Below are positions 53,127 through 61,336 of a DNA stretch of 64,000 nucleotides, one piece after another. The DNA is from Bacteroidales bacterium UBA2712 (GTDB taxonomy: Bacteria > Bacteroidota > Bacteroidia > Bacteroidales > Paludibacteraceae): contig DEKW01000006.1 of the NCBI GenBank assembly GCA_002354055.1, positions 1,864-65,863 of the forward strand, read 5' to 3'. Position numbers and translations under genes: made by a program. The notes beneath the pieces are model-generated. The model saw nothing but the letters and a program-made list of their open reading frames with translations, was not told the origin of the DNA and ran no database searches. The first letter of the stretch is position 1. Each line of letters starts with the position of its first letter.

Positions 53127-54021
53127 ATTGGTAAAAGTCCGTGAGTAGATCGCGGACTTTTTCCATTAACCATAACGGTGTACTTGTCGCACCGCAGATA
53201 CCGACTTTTAGAGTTGAAAGTTGAAAGTTGAAAGTTGAAAGTTTTTCCTCCAACTCGTCCGGCGACGAGACAAAGATCGTCTTCGGGTTCGCCTCTAAAC
53301 AGTGGTTGTATAGCACTTTTGCGTTGGAGCTCTTACCGCCGCCGACGAAGATCACGAGGTCCTGTGCCTTCGCGAAAGCCTGCAATTGCGCCACCCTGTT
53401 CGCTACCGACCGGCAGATGGTGTCATGCGCTTCCAGCGCAATTTGAGATTTAAGATTTGAGATTTGAGATTTTATCGCCTTGACAAGACTCTGAAAGCCT
53501 TCCACGCTCTTTGTGGTCTGCGAGAAGAGGTAGATTGCTCTCGAGAAATCGAGTTGGTCCAACTCCTCCTCGTGCTCGATGACGATGGCGGTGTTGTTCG
53601 TCTGCCCCTGCAGCCCGATGACCTCGGCATGGCCGCGTTTGCCGTAGATGACGATCTGCGGCGGGACGGCTTCGTCGTTCTTATGCAAGTCGTAGCAGGC
53701 GCGGATACGGTCCTGTAGCTTCTTCACCACCGGACAGGTCGCGTCGATGACCTCTATCCCCCGCTGCTCGGCAATCCAGTACGTGCTCGGCGGTTCGCCG
53801 TGAGCCCTGAGCAACACTCGCGAGTGGGGTGGTAACGAACGCAGGTCGTCGTTGTCGATCGTCTGCAAGCCCAAACCCTCTAACCGCGCTACCTCCTGAC
53901 CGTTATGCACGATGTCCCCCAAGCAACAAAGAGCCCCTTTTCGGAGCTCTTCTTCCGCTGTCCGGATGGCGCGCGTCACGCCGAAACAAAAACCGCTATT
54001 AGAGTCTATCGTACAGATCAT
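53122..54021 (-). CDS. ispH: 4-hydroxy-3-methylbut-2-enyl diphosphate reductase
   Basis: The N-terminus ...SGFCFGVTRAI matches the IspH/LytB Cys motif. ...DATCPVV..., ...NTICRSV... and GICGATSTP are also present. Confidence 0.9.
   Translation of the reverse strand: MICTIDSNSGFCFGVTRAIRTAEEELRKGALCCLGDIVHNGQEVARLEGLGLQTIDNDDLRSLPPHSRVLLRAHGEPPSTYWIAEQRGIEVIDATCPVVKKLQDRIRACYDLHKNDEAVPPQIVIYGKRGHAEVIGLQGQTNNTAIVIEHEEELDQLDFSRAIYLFSQTTKSVEGFQSLVKAIKSQISNLKSQIALEAHDTICRSVANRVAQLQAFAKAQDLVIFVGGGKSSNAKVLYNHCLEANPKTIFVSSPDELEEKLSTFNFQLSTLKVGICGATSTPLWLMEKVRDLLTDFYQS
53133..53162. terminator. Bidirectional hairpin (AAAAGTCCG...CGGACTTTT) with flanking A/T runs, lying inside the last codons of ispH
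   Basis: 9-bp stem read directly. It sits 37 nt downstream of the malQ stop. Confidence 0.55.
53213..53247. repeat. Tandem heptamer array (GTTGAAA x4 plus GTTTTTC)
   Basis: Read directly. On the minus strand it encodes STFNFQLSTL just upstream of the conserved GICGATSTP motif of IspH. Confidence 0.9.
53441..53475. repeat. Tandem heptamer array, 5 copies (ATTTGAG ATTTAAG ATTTGAG ATTTGAG ATTTTAT)
   Basis: Read directly. On the minus strand it encodes KSQISNLKSQI in IspH. Confidence 0.9.
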
Positions 54022-54676
54022 AGATGATTTTCATTTGCTCGTCCGGCGTCATGTCGCTGTTATCTACGACGATGGCATCTTCGGCCTGCCGCAACGGGCT
54101 CTCCGCACGATGCGTATCGCGGTAGTCGCGGTCGTTGACATCCGCCAATACCTCTTCATAGACGGGCTTCTCGCCTTTGGCTACCAGCTCGTCGTACCGC
54201 CGTTGCGCGCGAACCTCCGGCCGAGCCGTGAGGAACAACTTGAGATCCGCCTTCGGGAAGACTACCGTACCGATGTCGCGACCGTCCATGACGATGCTCT
54301 GGTTAGCACCCATCGCCTGTTGCTGGGCAACGAGAAAAGCACGCACCTCTTTGATCTGCGAGATCTCCGAAGCGCGGTTGCCGACCTCGAGTGTCCGTAT
54401 CTGACTCTCTACATCTTCGCCGTTCAGCGTCACGTGCTGCGCATCGCCAACCCGCACAAAACCTACCTTGATCTTGGGCAAGAGCGCAATGATCTCCTCG
54501 TCGCTCAGTCTTTCGACTTTCGACTTTCGACTTTCGGCTAATACGTATAACGCAATAGCGCGATACATGGCGCCGGTATCTACATAGGTCGCATGCGCAT
54601 GCTTCGCCAGCGCCTTGGCTATCGTCGATTTCCCGCACGACGAATATCCGTCTATAGCAACAATGATCTTTTTCAT
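53999..54676 (-). CDS. cmk: Cytidylate kinase
   Basis: IVAIDGYSSCGKST P-loop, ...VDTGAMYR..., ...VMDGRDIGTVVFP... 225 aa. It overlaps the ispH start by 23 nt. Confidence 0.9.
   Translation of the reverse strand: MKKIIVAIDGYSSCGKSTIAKALAKHAHATYVDTGAMYRAIALYVLAESRKSKVERLSDEEIIALLPKIKVGFVRVGDAQHVTLNGEDVESQIRTLEVGNRASEISQIKEVRAFLVAQQQAMGANQSIVMDGRDIGTVVFPKADLKLFLTARPEVRAQRRYDELVAKGEKPVYEEVLADVNDRDYRDTHRAESPLRQAEDAIVVDNSDMTPDEQMKIIYDLYDRL
54504..54538. repeat. Tandem heptamer array (CTCAGTC TTTCGAC TTTCGAC TTTCGAC TTTCGGC)
   Basis: Read directly. On the minus strand it encodes AESRKSKVERL in Cmk. Confidence 0.9.
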
Positions 54677-55770
54677 TTTAGTAACGAGTTTATATCTAAT
54701 GTCAGTCCGACCTGGTACGAGAAGTTGGACTTGGTCATCTGGCTGATGGCGAAATCCACATGCGCCTGTTTGATTCGTACGCCGAGGCCCAACGCGAATC
54801 CAGCTAACGACCGCTGATCGGCGAGGTTCAACTCCGCGCGGCGGCGGTGGTTATATGAGAAAGCGATGTAGAACCGCTCGCGTTTATCTACTACCTCTAT
54901 TGTCCATATCGTGTGTCGGAACAGCATGTCGTACCATTTGACGTTATGGGGGATGATATCTCCGGTCGTCACGTTCTTGTCCATACCCGTCCATTCGTAG
55001 TTCAGGTACCAGGTCTGCAGGTTATGCGCCTGCAGGTGAAACCGCAACGGTGCGTGCTTCACTCGGTAAGTCAGACCCAACTGCAGGTTCAGCGGCAGCA
55101 TCTCGTGGTTCGAACCGCCTTCCTCCGAGTAAAAACCCTTCAACTGCCATCCTATGTTCTGCAGCACCAGCCCCATCTGGAAGGTCGAGTCGGGGCTTTG
55201 GAAATGCGCTCCTACGTCCGCGCCTAACGCAAACGAACTATAACTCTCGTAGATCGAATAGACCGGCTTGAGTGTCACGCCGACCTTGAACATCCGTCCT
55301 AACTGGCGCGCGTACATCACGTCTATCAAGATGTCCCGAGCGCCAAACGAACCACCGGTCTTGTTGCCGTCTTTGTCGGCGTAGTACATCTTGCCGTAGT
55401 CCAAGTAATGGATACCCACTGCGAAATAGTTCGGCTTGTCGGGCTCACCCTCTGGCGGCTTCTCGATCTTCGACCGTCCGAAATTATGCCCGTATAACAC
55501 GCTGCCGAACATCGTTCCCGGCAGGTAGTAGCTGTAGTTGAGTTGCAGCATCATGTGGCTGTTAGCATGCAGCAACGCCGGGTTGCACATGCCCATCGCG
55601 ATATCCCCGTCGCTGAGCGAGACGTTCGACCCGCCCAAGGCGTTGATGCGCGACGATACCGGCAGACTCATAAATGAGAACACCGACCGCCCTGCATTCG
55701 ACACCTGACCAAAGGAACAAAGGGACAAAGTACAAAGTACAAGGGTTACTATTTTTTTTCTTATAGCCAC
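54673..55770 (-). CDS. porQ: Type IX secretion system membrane protein PorQ-like
   Basis: Signal peptide followed by ...SVFSFMSLPVSSRINALGGSNVSL.DGDI....NPALL, which is characteristic of the PorQ family. About 340-aa beta-barrel-like body. GTG start at 55770. Adjacent to and upstream of cmk. Confidence 0.65.
   Translation of the reverse strand: MAIRKKIVTLVLCTLSLCSFGQVSNAGRSVFSFMSLPVSSRINALGGSNVSLSDGDIAMGMCNPALLHANSHMMLQLNYSYYLPGTMFGSVLYGHNFGRSKIEKPPEGEPDKPNYFAVGIHYLDYGKMYYADKDGNKTGGSFGARDILIDVMYARQLGRMFKVGVTLKPVYSIYESYSSFALGADVGAHFQSPDSTFQMGLVLQNIGWQLKGFYSEEGGSNHEMLPLNLQLGLTYRVKHAPLRFHLQAHNLQTWYLNYEWTGMDKNVTTGDIIPHNVKWYDMLFRHTIWTIEVVDKRERFYIAFSYNHRRRAELNLADQRSLAGFALGLGVRIKQAHVDFAISQMTKSNFSYQVGLTLDINSLLK
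55709..55745. repeat. Tandem 7-8-nt array (NACAAAG-type, about 5 copies)
   Basis: CCAAAGGAACAAAGGGACAAAGTACAAAGTACAAGGG, read directly. On the minus strand it encodes the PorQ signal-peptide core LVLCTLSLCSF. Confidence 0.8.
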
Positions 55771-55794
55771 ACTACGGCATTTTAAAATCGGCTA

Positions 55795-55826
55795 CAAAAT
55801 TACTGCTTTTTTTTGAATTGTGCAAA
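55795..55826 (-). promoter_or_regulatory. Bacteroidota-type promoter (TTTG, 20 nt spacer, TAATTTTG) for porQ-cmk-ispH
   Basis: The reverse complement reads CACAATTCAAAAAAAAGCAGTAATTTTG, the same cassette as at 26603 and 29317. Confidence 0.7.
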
Positions 55827-55830
55827 TTTA

Positions 55831-55862
55831 TTTGCATATATGCATTTTTTTTCGTACCTTTG
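55831..55862 (+). promoter_or_regulatory. Bacteroidota-type promoter (TTTG, 20 nt spacer, TACCTTTG) for the acid phosphatase gene
   Basis: TTTGCATATATGCATTTTTTTTCGTACCTTTG, read directly. It sits back-to-back with the porQ promoter. Confidence 0.7.
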
Positions 55863-55887
55863 CAGCCGGATAAATTGAAAACCCATT

Positions 55888-56607
55888 ATGAAACGTACAC
55901 TTATTATTCCTCTTCTTCTGGTCGCGATCTGTCTTTTTGCAGAGGACGTGACTCCGTATTTTACGACCCCGGAGATGCCGAACGCGCTGCGTTACCTGCC
56001 GGCGCCGCCTAAGACCAACGAGATGCGTTATGCTTACGACACCGCCCAATACCAATGGGGCAAAAGTGTCCGCAACACCCCGCGCGGGCAGAAAGCACGC
56101 CTCGATGCCACTTATAGCGTCCAGCGGATGGCGGAGATATTCTCGCCGATCATGGGTGTGGCTATCTCGAAGACCAATACTCCCCAACTGTGGAAACTGC
56201 TGATGGACGCAACGAAGACAACCAGTTTCGCATGCGACAGCGCGAAGATCACTTACATGCGTAAGCGTCCGTATATGGTCTTCCATGAGCCTACGCTCGT
56301 GCCCGAAGATGAGGAGGAGTTGAGCCATAACGGTTCGTATCCTTCCGGCCATACAACCTTGGGATGGAGCACGGCGCTCATCTTATGCGAGATCAATCCT
56401 GCGGCGCAAGATGCGCTTCTGAAAGAGGGATTCGAATACGGTCAGAGCCGAGTTATTGCCGGATTTCATTGGCAGAGCGATGTCGATGCTGCACGCGTAG
56501 TGGCGAGTGCCGCCTTTGCCAAACTCCATACCAGCAAGGCTTATCTCAAACAACTGAAGAAGGCACAGAAAGAATTTCGATGCAAAAATCGAGCGAATAT
56601 TAAATAA
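55888..56607 (+). CDS. Class A non-specific acid phosphatase (PAP2 family), secreted
   Basis: Signal peptide plus the tripartite PAP2 motif KRPY..., YPSGHT, SRVIAGFHWQSD. Confidence 0.85.
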   Translation: MKRTLIIPLLLVAICLFAEDVTPYFTTPEMPNALRYLPAPPKTNEMRYAYDTAQYQWGKSVRNTPRGQKARLDATYSVQRMAEIFSPIMGVAISKTNTPQLWKLLMDATKTTSFACDSAKITYMRKRPYMVFHEPTLVPEDEEELSHNGSYPSGHTTLGWSTALILCEINPAAQDALLKEGFEYGQSRVIAGFHWQSDVDAARVVASAAFAKLHTSKAYLKQLKKAQKEFRCKNRANIK

Positions 56608-56630
56608 TTCTTAAGAAAATGACGTGCGCG

Positions 56631-56662
56631 CTTGCGTATGTCATTTTTTTTTAGTAATTTTG
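56631..56662 (+). promoter_or_regulatory. Bacteroidota-type promoter (CTTG, 20 nt spacer, TAATTTTG) for the sdh/frd operon, overlapping a hairpin that may terminate the phosphatase gene
   Basis: CTTGCGTATGTCATTTTTTTTTAGTAATTTTG, read directly. AAAATGAC...GTCATTTT can pair across 56617-56648. Confidence 0.7.
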
Positions 56663-56724
56663 CAGCCGAAATACGAATCAGCATTAATTAACAATAATAT
56701 TTATCTAAAAACACAAACAATTCT

Positions 56725-57420
56725 ATGTGGTTAAAAGATTCTTCTATTGGCCGTAAGTTCGTCATGGCGCTTAGTGGAGCAGCGTTGGTTTTCTTCCTGC
56801 TTTTCCACGGCTGCATGAACCTTGCGCTGGTCTTCAGCGAGGAGGCTTACAACGCCATCTGCCGTTTCCTCGGCGCTAACTGGTACGCAGTAATCGGTTC
56901 GCTCGGTATCGCGTTCCTCGTATTGGTGCATTTCTGCTATGGTCTGTATCTGACTATTCAGAACCGTGCTGCACGTGGTAACGACCGCTATGCGGTAACC
57001 GACAAGAAACCCGGTGTGACCTGGGAGAGTGAGAATATGCTCGTCCTCGGCTTCACCATCCTCGGTTTCCTCTGCTTGCACCTCTACAACTTCTGGTTCA
57101 AGATGCAGTTTGCGGAGCTCTCCGGCATCGAGACCGGTGCGTTTGACCCGCAGAACGGTGCGGCTTACGTCAAGGAGCTGTTCACTACTCCGGTTTGGGG
57201 ACAGATCTACTGCGTGCTCTACCTCCTTTGGCTCGTTGTTCTCTGGCTCCACCTCAATCACGGTGTGGGCTCGGCGATGACCTCTATGGGACTCAACAAC
57301 CTCAAATGGCAGAAACGCGTTGAGGTGATCAGCACGGTCGTAGCAACCCTCGTGGTACTGCCGTTCACTATTGTTGTATTGTATTACCTGGGCATGGGCA
57401 TCGGGATGCTCTGCGCTTAA
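56725..57420 (+). CDS. sdhC: Succinate dehydrogenase / fumarate reductase cytochrome b subunit (Bacteroidota type)
   Basis: 231 aa with 5 TM segments and conserved His residues. First gene of a C-A-B operon. Confidence 0.85.
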   Translation: MWLKDSSIGRKFVMALSGAALVFFLLFHGCMNLALVFSEEAYNAICRFLGANWYAVIGSLGIAFLVLVHFCYGLYLTIQNRAARGNDRYAVTDKKPGVTWESENMLVLGFTILGFLCLHLYNFWFKMQFAELSGIETGAFDPQNGAAYVKELFTTPVWGQIYCVLYLLWLVVLWLHLNHGVGSAMTSMGLNNLKWQKRVEVISTVVATLVVLPFTIVVLYYLGMGIGMLCA

Positions 57421-57432
57421 TGATTGACAACT

Positions 57433-59541
57433 ATGGCAACTAAGAAACAAGAAGATATTATCGAAACAGCTAAAAAGACTGTTAAGAAAGTAGCAGTAGC
57501 GGCTGCGCAGGCGGCTGTAGAAGCTGCTGAGGTAGTGGTGGATAAGGCCGCAAAAGCGATGAAAGAGGCTGCTACGCCGGTCATCACACCGGAGATGGCG
57601 AAGATCCCTGCAGGCCCGTTAGAGCTGAAGTGGACCAACTATAAGAACCATCAGAAACTCGTTAACCCTGCTAACAAACGTCGTCTCGACGTCATCGTCA
57701 TCGGTACCGGTCTGGCTGGTGCTTCGGCTGCTGCCTCCCTTGCAGAGATGGGATTTAACGTCCTCAACTTCTGTATCCAAGATTCTCCGCGTCGTGCGCA
57801 CTCGATTGCAGCACAGGGCGGTATCAACGCAGCGAAGAACTACCAGAACGACGGCGACTCCGTGTATCGTCTCTACTACGATACGATCAAAGGTGGTGAC
57901 TACCGCGCTCGTGAGGCGAACGTTTATCGTCTGGCGGAGGTTTCCAATAACATCATCGACCAGTGTGTAGCACAGGGCGTTCCTTTCGCACGTGAGTACG
58001 GAGGTCTGCTGGACAACCGTTCGTTCGGTGGCGCACAGGTAAGCCGTACCTTCTACGCAAAGGGTCAGACCGGTCAGCAGTTGTTGCTCGGCGCATATAG
58101 TGCTCTGAGCCGCCAGATCGGTAAAGGCAAAGTGAAGATGTACACCCGTTATGAGATGCTCGATATCGTGCTCATCAAAGATGAGAACGGCGAGCAACGA
58201 GCTCGCGGTATCATCGCCCGTAACCTCGTTACCGGCCGCATCGAGCGCTTCTTCGCTCACGCAGTAGTCGTAGGTTCCGGCGGATACGGAAACACCTTCT
58301 TCCTCTCTACCAACGCGATGGCCTCCAACGGTTCGGCTGCTATGCAGATGTACCGCCACGGCGCTTATTTTGCTAACCCCTGCTACGCACAGATCCACCC
58401 GACCTGTATCCCGAAGCACGGTGACTTCCAGTCGAAACTGACGCTGATGTCGGAGTCACTGCGTAACGATGGACGTATCTGGGTGCCGAAGAAACTCGAG
58501 GACGCTAAACGTCTGCAAGCCGGCGAAATCAAGGGTCGCGACATCCCTGAGGAAGACCGCGATTACTATCTCGAGCGTCGCTATCCGGCATTCGGTAACC
58601 TCGTTCCGCGTGACGTCGCTTCTCGTGCTGCCAAAGAGCGTTGCGACAAAGGCTACGGCGTGAACAACACCGGCCTCGCTGTGTTCCTCGACTTCTCCGA
58701 CGCTATTCAGCGTCTGGGCAAGGACGTAGTGGCGCAGAAATACGGCAACCTCTTCCAGATGTACGAGAAGATCGTCGATGAGAACCCGTACGAGAATCCG
58801 ATGATGATCTTCCCGGCTATCCACTATACGATGGGTGGTATCTGGGTGGACTACGAGCTCCAGACGAGTGTCAAGGGTCTGTTCTGTATCGGCGAGGCGA
58901 ACTTCTCCGACCACGGTGCTAACCGTCTCGGTGCTTCTGCCCTCATGCAGGGTCTCGCTGATGGCTATTTCGTACTGCCTTATACTATCCAGAACTACCT
59001 CGCAGACCAGATCGGCGTACCGCGTATGTCCACCGACCTGCCTGAGTTCGCAGAGGCAGAGAAAGCTGTTCAGGACAAGATTGACAAACTGATGGCTATC
59101 AAGGGTAACCGTTCCGTAGATTCGATTCATAAGGAACTGGGTCTTATCATGTGGGATTTCGTTGGCATGGGTCGTACCGCTGAGGGCCTCAAGGAAGGTA
59201 TCGCGAAGATCGATGCTATCAAGAAAGAGTTCTGGACCAACGTCTATATCCCGGGTGAGGCTAACGCCCTCAATAACGAGTTGGAGAAAGCCCTCCGTTT
59301 GGCGGACTTCATCGAGATTGGCCGTCTGATGGCTGTCGATGCCCTCCATCGTGAGGAGAGCTGCGGTGGTCACTTCCGCGAGGAGTACCAGACACCGGAA
59401 GGCGAGGCACTCCGTCAGGATGACAAGTTCTCTTACGTAGGCTGCTGGAAATACATGGGTGAGGACAAGGAACCGCAACTCATCAAAGAGCCGCTTGACT
59501 ACGAATTCACGGAACGTAAAACACGTAACTACAAAAACTAA
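57433..59541 (+). CDS. sdhA: Succinate dehydrogenase / fumarate reductase flavoprotein subunit, with an unusual ~54-aa Ala/Lys/Glu-rich N-terminal extension
   Basis: [14 protein letters not shown]...[15 protein letters not shown] (FAD fold)...HPTC...HYTMGG... ATG at 57433; the track start at 57424 is TTG. An alternative start at 57595 would remove the extension. Confidence 0.9.
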   Translation: MATKKQEDIIETAKKTVKKVAVAAAQAAVEAAEVVVDKAAKAMKEAATPVITPEMAKIPAGPLELKWTNYKNHQKLVNPANKRRLDVIVIGTGLAGASAAASLAEMGFNVLNFCIQDSPRRAHSIAAQGGINAAKNYQNDGDSVYRLYYDTIKGGDYRAREANVYRLAEVSNNIIDQCVAQGVPFAREYGGLLDNRSFGGAQVSRTFYAKGQTGQQLLLGAYSALSRQIGKGKVKMYTRYEMLDIVLIKDENGEQRARGIIARNLVTGRIERFFAHAVVVGSGGYGNTFFLSTNAMASNGSAAMQMYRHGAYFANPCYAQIHPTCIPKHGDFQSKLTLMSESLRNDGRIWVPKKLEDAKRLQAGEIKGRDIPEEDRDYYLERRYPAFGNLVPRDVASRAAKERCDKGYGVNNTGLAVFLDFSDAIQRLGKDVVAQKYGNLFQMYEKIVDENPYENPMMIFPAIHYTMGGIWVDYELQTSVKGLFCIGEANFSDHGANRLGASALMQGLADGYFVLPYTIQNYLADQIGVPRMSTDLPEFAEAEKAVQDKIDKLMAIKGNRSVDSIHKELGLIMWDFVGMGRTAEGLKEGIAKIDAIKKEFWTNVYIPGEANALNNELEKALRLADFIEIGRLMAVDALHREESCGGHFREEYQTPEGEALRQDDKFSYVGCWKYMGEDKEPQLIKEPLDYEFTERKTRNYKN

Positions 59542-59543
59542 TC

Positions 59544-60299
59544 ATGGATCAATATATTGATATTAAGGTTCGTGTTTGGAGACAAGCAGGACCTAAGGCA
59601 CAAGGTCATTTCGAGACATACGACCTGAAGCATGTATTCCAAGGCGCATCGTTCCTGGAGATGATCGATATTCTCAACGAGCAACTCGTTGCGGAGCACA
59701 AAGACCCGGTTACCTACGATCACGACTGCCGTGAGGGTATCTGCGGTATGTGCTCGATGTACGTCAACGGTCACCCCCATGGACCCGACTCCGCCATCAC
59801 TACTTGCCAGCTCCATATGCGTAAGTTCAAAGACGGCGAGACCATAACCGTAGAGCCGTGGCGCAGCCGTGCGTTCCCGGTAATCAAGGACCTGATGGTT
59901 GATCGCGGCGCGTACGACAAGATCATGCAAGCCGGTGGTTTTGTTTCCGTCAACACCGGTGGTGTACCCGACGCCAATGCTATACCTATTCCGAAACCGG
60001 TAGCTGATGAGGCAATGGATGCAGCGTCCTGTATCGGCTGCGGCGCTTGTGCGGCGGCTTGTAAGAATGGTTCGGCAATGCTCTTCGTGGCTGCCAAGGT
60101 TTCGCAACTCGCTCTCCTGCCGCAAGGTAAGGTAGAGGCGGCTGCCCGCGCGAAAGCAATGGTGGCAAAGATGGACGAGCTCGGTTTCGGTAACTGTACC
60201 AACACCGGTGCATGTGCTGCTGAGTGTCCGAAATCTGTTTCGCTCGCGAACATCGCTCGCCTCAACCGCGAGTTCCTCGCTGCGAAGTTCAAAGACTAA
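59544..60299 (+). CDS. sdhB: Succinate dehydrogenase / fumarate reductase iron-sulfur subunit
   Basis: [20 protein letters not shown] and [12 protein letters not shown] cysteine clusters. Confidence 0.9.
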   Translation: MDQYIDIKVRVWRQAGPKAQGHFETYDLKHVFQGASFLEMIDILNEQLVAEHKDPVTYDHDCREGICGMCSMYVNGHPHGPDSAITTCQLHMRKFKDGETITVEPWRSRAFPVIKDLMVDRGAYDKIMQAGGFVSVNTGGVPDANAIPIPKPVADEAMDAASCIGCGACAAACKNGSAMLFVAAKVSQLALLPQGKVEAAARAKAMVAKMDELGFGNCTNTGACAAECPKSVSLANIARLNREFLAAKFKD

Positions 60300-61336
60300 T
60301 GAAGAAGATCCTTCTGATAGTATGCGTGGCGGCTGCGTGTTTGGCGCAAGCCGCCACGGCGTTTCCAAACCTCGGTAATGCCCGTATAGTCGTTCTGGCG
60401 AATAACCTCCAGAACTACTATATCAACTACGACGAGTCCGACCGGCCTTCCTATGACGATGAACAAGGTCTCGCGCTCAAGACTCAACGGATAGCCGATA
60501 TGATGATTGCCTCCAACGCAGACATCTTTGCTTTCTGCGAACTGGAAGCCAAACCTGTGACCCTCGATTATCTGGTGACAGCGCTGAATACGCAGTTGGG
60601 GCAGGAGGTGTACGCCGCGGTCTCGGACGGCATCAATGTGCAAACCGATTCGTATGACAATGCCATCAAGTCCGGCTTCGTATATAAGGTAGCGACGGTG
60701 GCACCGTACGGCTCTGACTACGCGACTACGAACGTCACCTACTACAAGAACGTCATGCGTATTCAAGCCTGGACAGAACTGGCTACCGGCGAGCGGTTCA
60801 CGCTCTCGATGAACCATTTTAAGGCCAAGTCGGACGCTGCGTCACAAGCCAAACGTGTAGATAACGCCAACTGGCTTCTCTCCGGACTGAATACGTCCTA
60901 CAAAGTGCAGGATACGGACATTCTTATCATGGGAGACCTTAATGCCGAGATGGATGAGGATTGTATTGCCGTGATCGAGGATGGAGGCTACACAGAGCAA
61001 CTCCTTCGCTTTGATGCGAACGCCTATTCATATATCTATCAGGGTTCCCATGAGTTAATTGATCACGCTTTTGCTAACAGCACTATGGCGGATCAGATTA
61101 CCGGCGCGGCTGTGTGGCATACCAACACCTCGGTCTCATACAGCAACCGTTATTCGGACCATGATGCCGTGGTAGTGGGGTTGCGTTTAGGAGAGGATCA
61201 AGGAGAAAGTCTTGACCAAACTCCCTTCCCTTCAGGGGAGGGCCGGGGTGAGGCTTACAAAGAAATCCGCCACGGACAAATCATTATTATCCGCGGCGGA
61301 GTGGAATACACCATTACGGGGCAGCGTCTTTACTAA
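60299..61336 (+). CDS. Secreted endonuclease/exonuclease/phosphatase (EEP) family protein with the shared C-terminal motif
   Basis: Signal peptide [21 protein letters not shown] motifs ...FAFCELE..., ...GDLNA..., ...DHA..., ...SDHDAV. C-terminus YKEIRHGQIIIIRGGVEYTITGQRLY. The ATG overlaps the sdhB stop (TAATG). Confidence 0.75.
   Translation: MKKILLIVCVAAACLAQAATAFPNLGNARIVVLANNLQNYYINYDESDRPSYDDEQGLALKTQRIADMMIASNADIFAFCELEAKPVTLDYLVTALNTQLGQEVYAAVSDGINVQTDSYDNAIKSGFVYKVATVAPYGSDYATTNVTYYKNVMRIQAWTELATGERFTLSMNHFKAKSDAASQAKRVDNANWLLSGLNTSYKVQDTDILIMGDLNAEMDEDCIAVIEDGGYTEQLLRFDANAYSYIYQGSHELIDHAFANSTMADQITGAAVWHTNTSVSYSNRYSDHDAVVVGLRLGEDQGESLDQTPFPSGEGRGEAYKEIRHGQIIIIRGGVEYTITGQRLY
61256..61333 (+). 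other. Coding segment for the shared C-terminal motif (YKEIRHGQIIIIRGGVEYTITGQRLY)
   Basis: Direct alignment by eye. Confidence 0.8.

Noticed and set aside
58456-59478. 340-aa ORF antisense to sdhA. Similar antisense ORFs occur at 57619-58419, 50952-51734, 52149-52883, 59538-60368, 43268-44134, 45866-46480 and 46499-47326.
   Set aside because: All are shadow frames of well-supported genes and have no independent signals.
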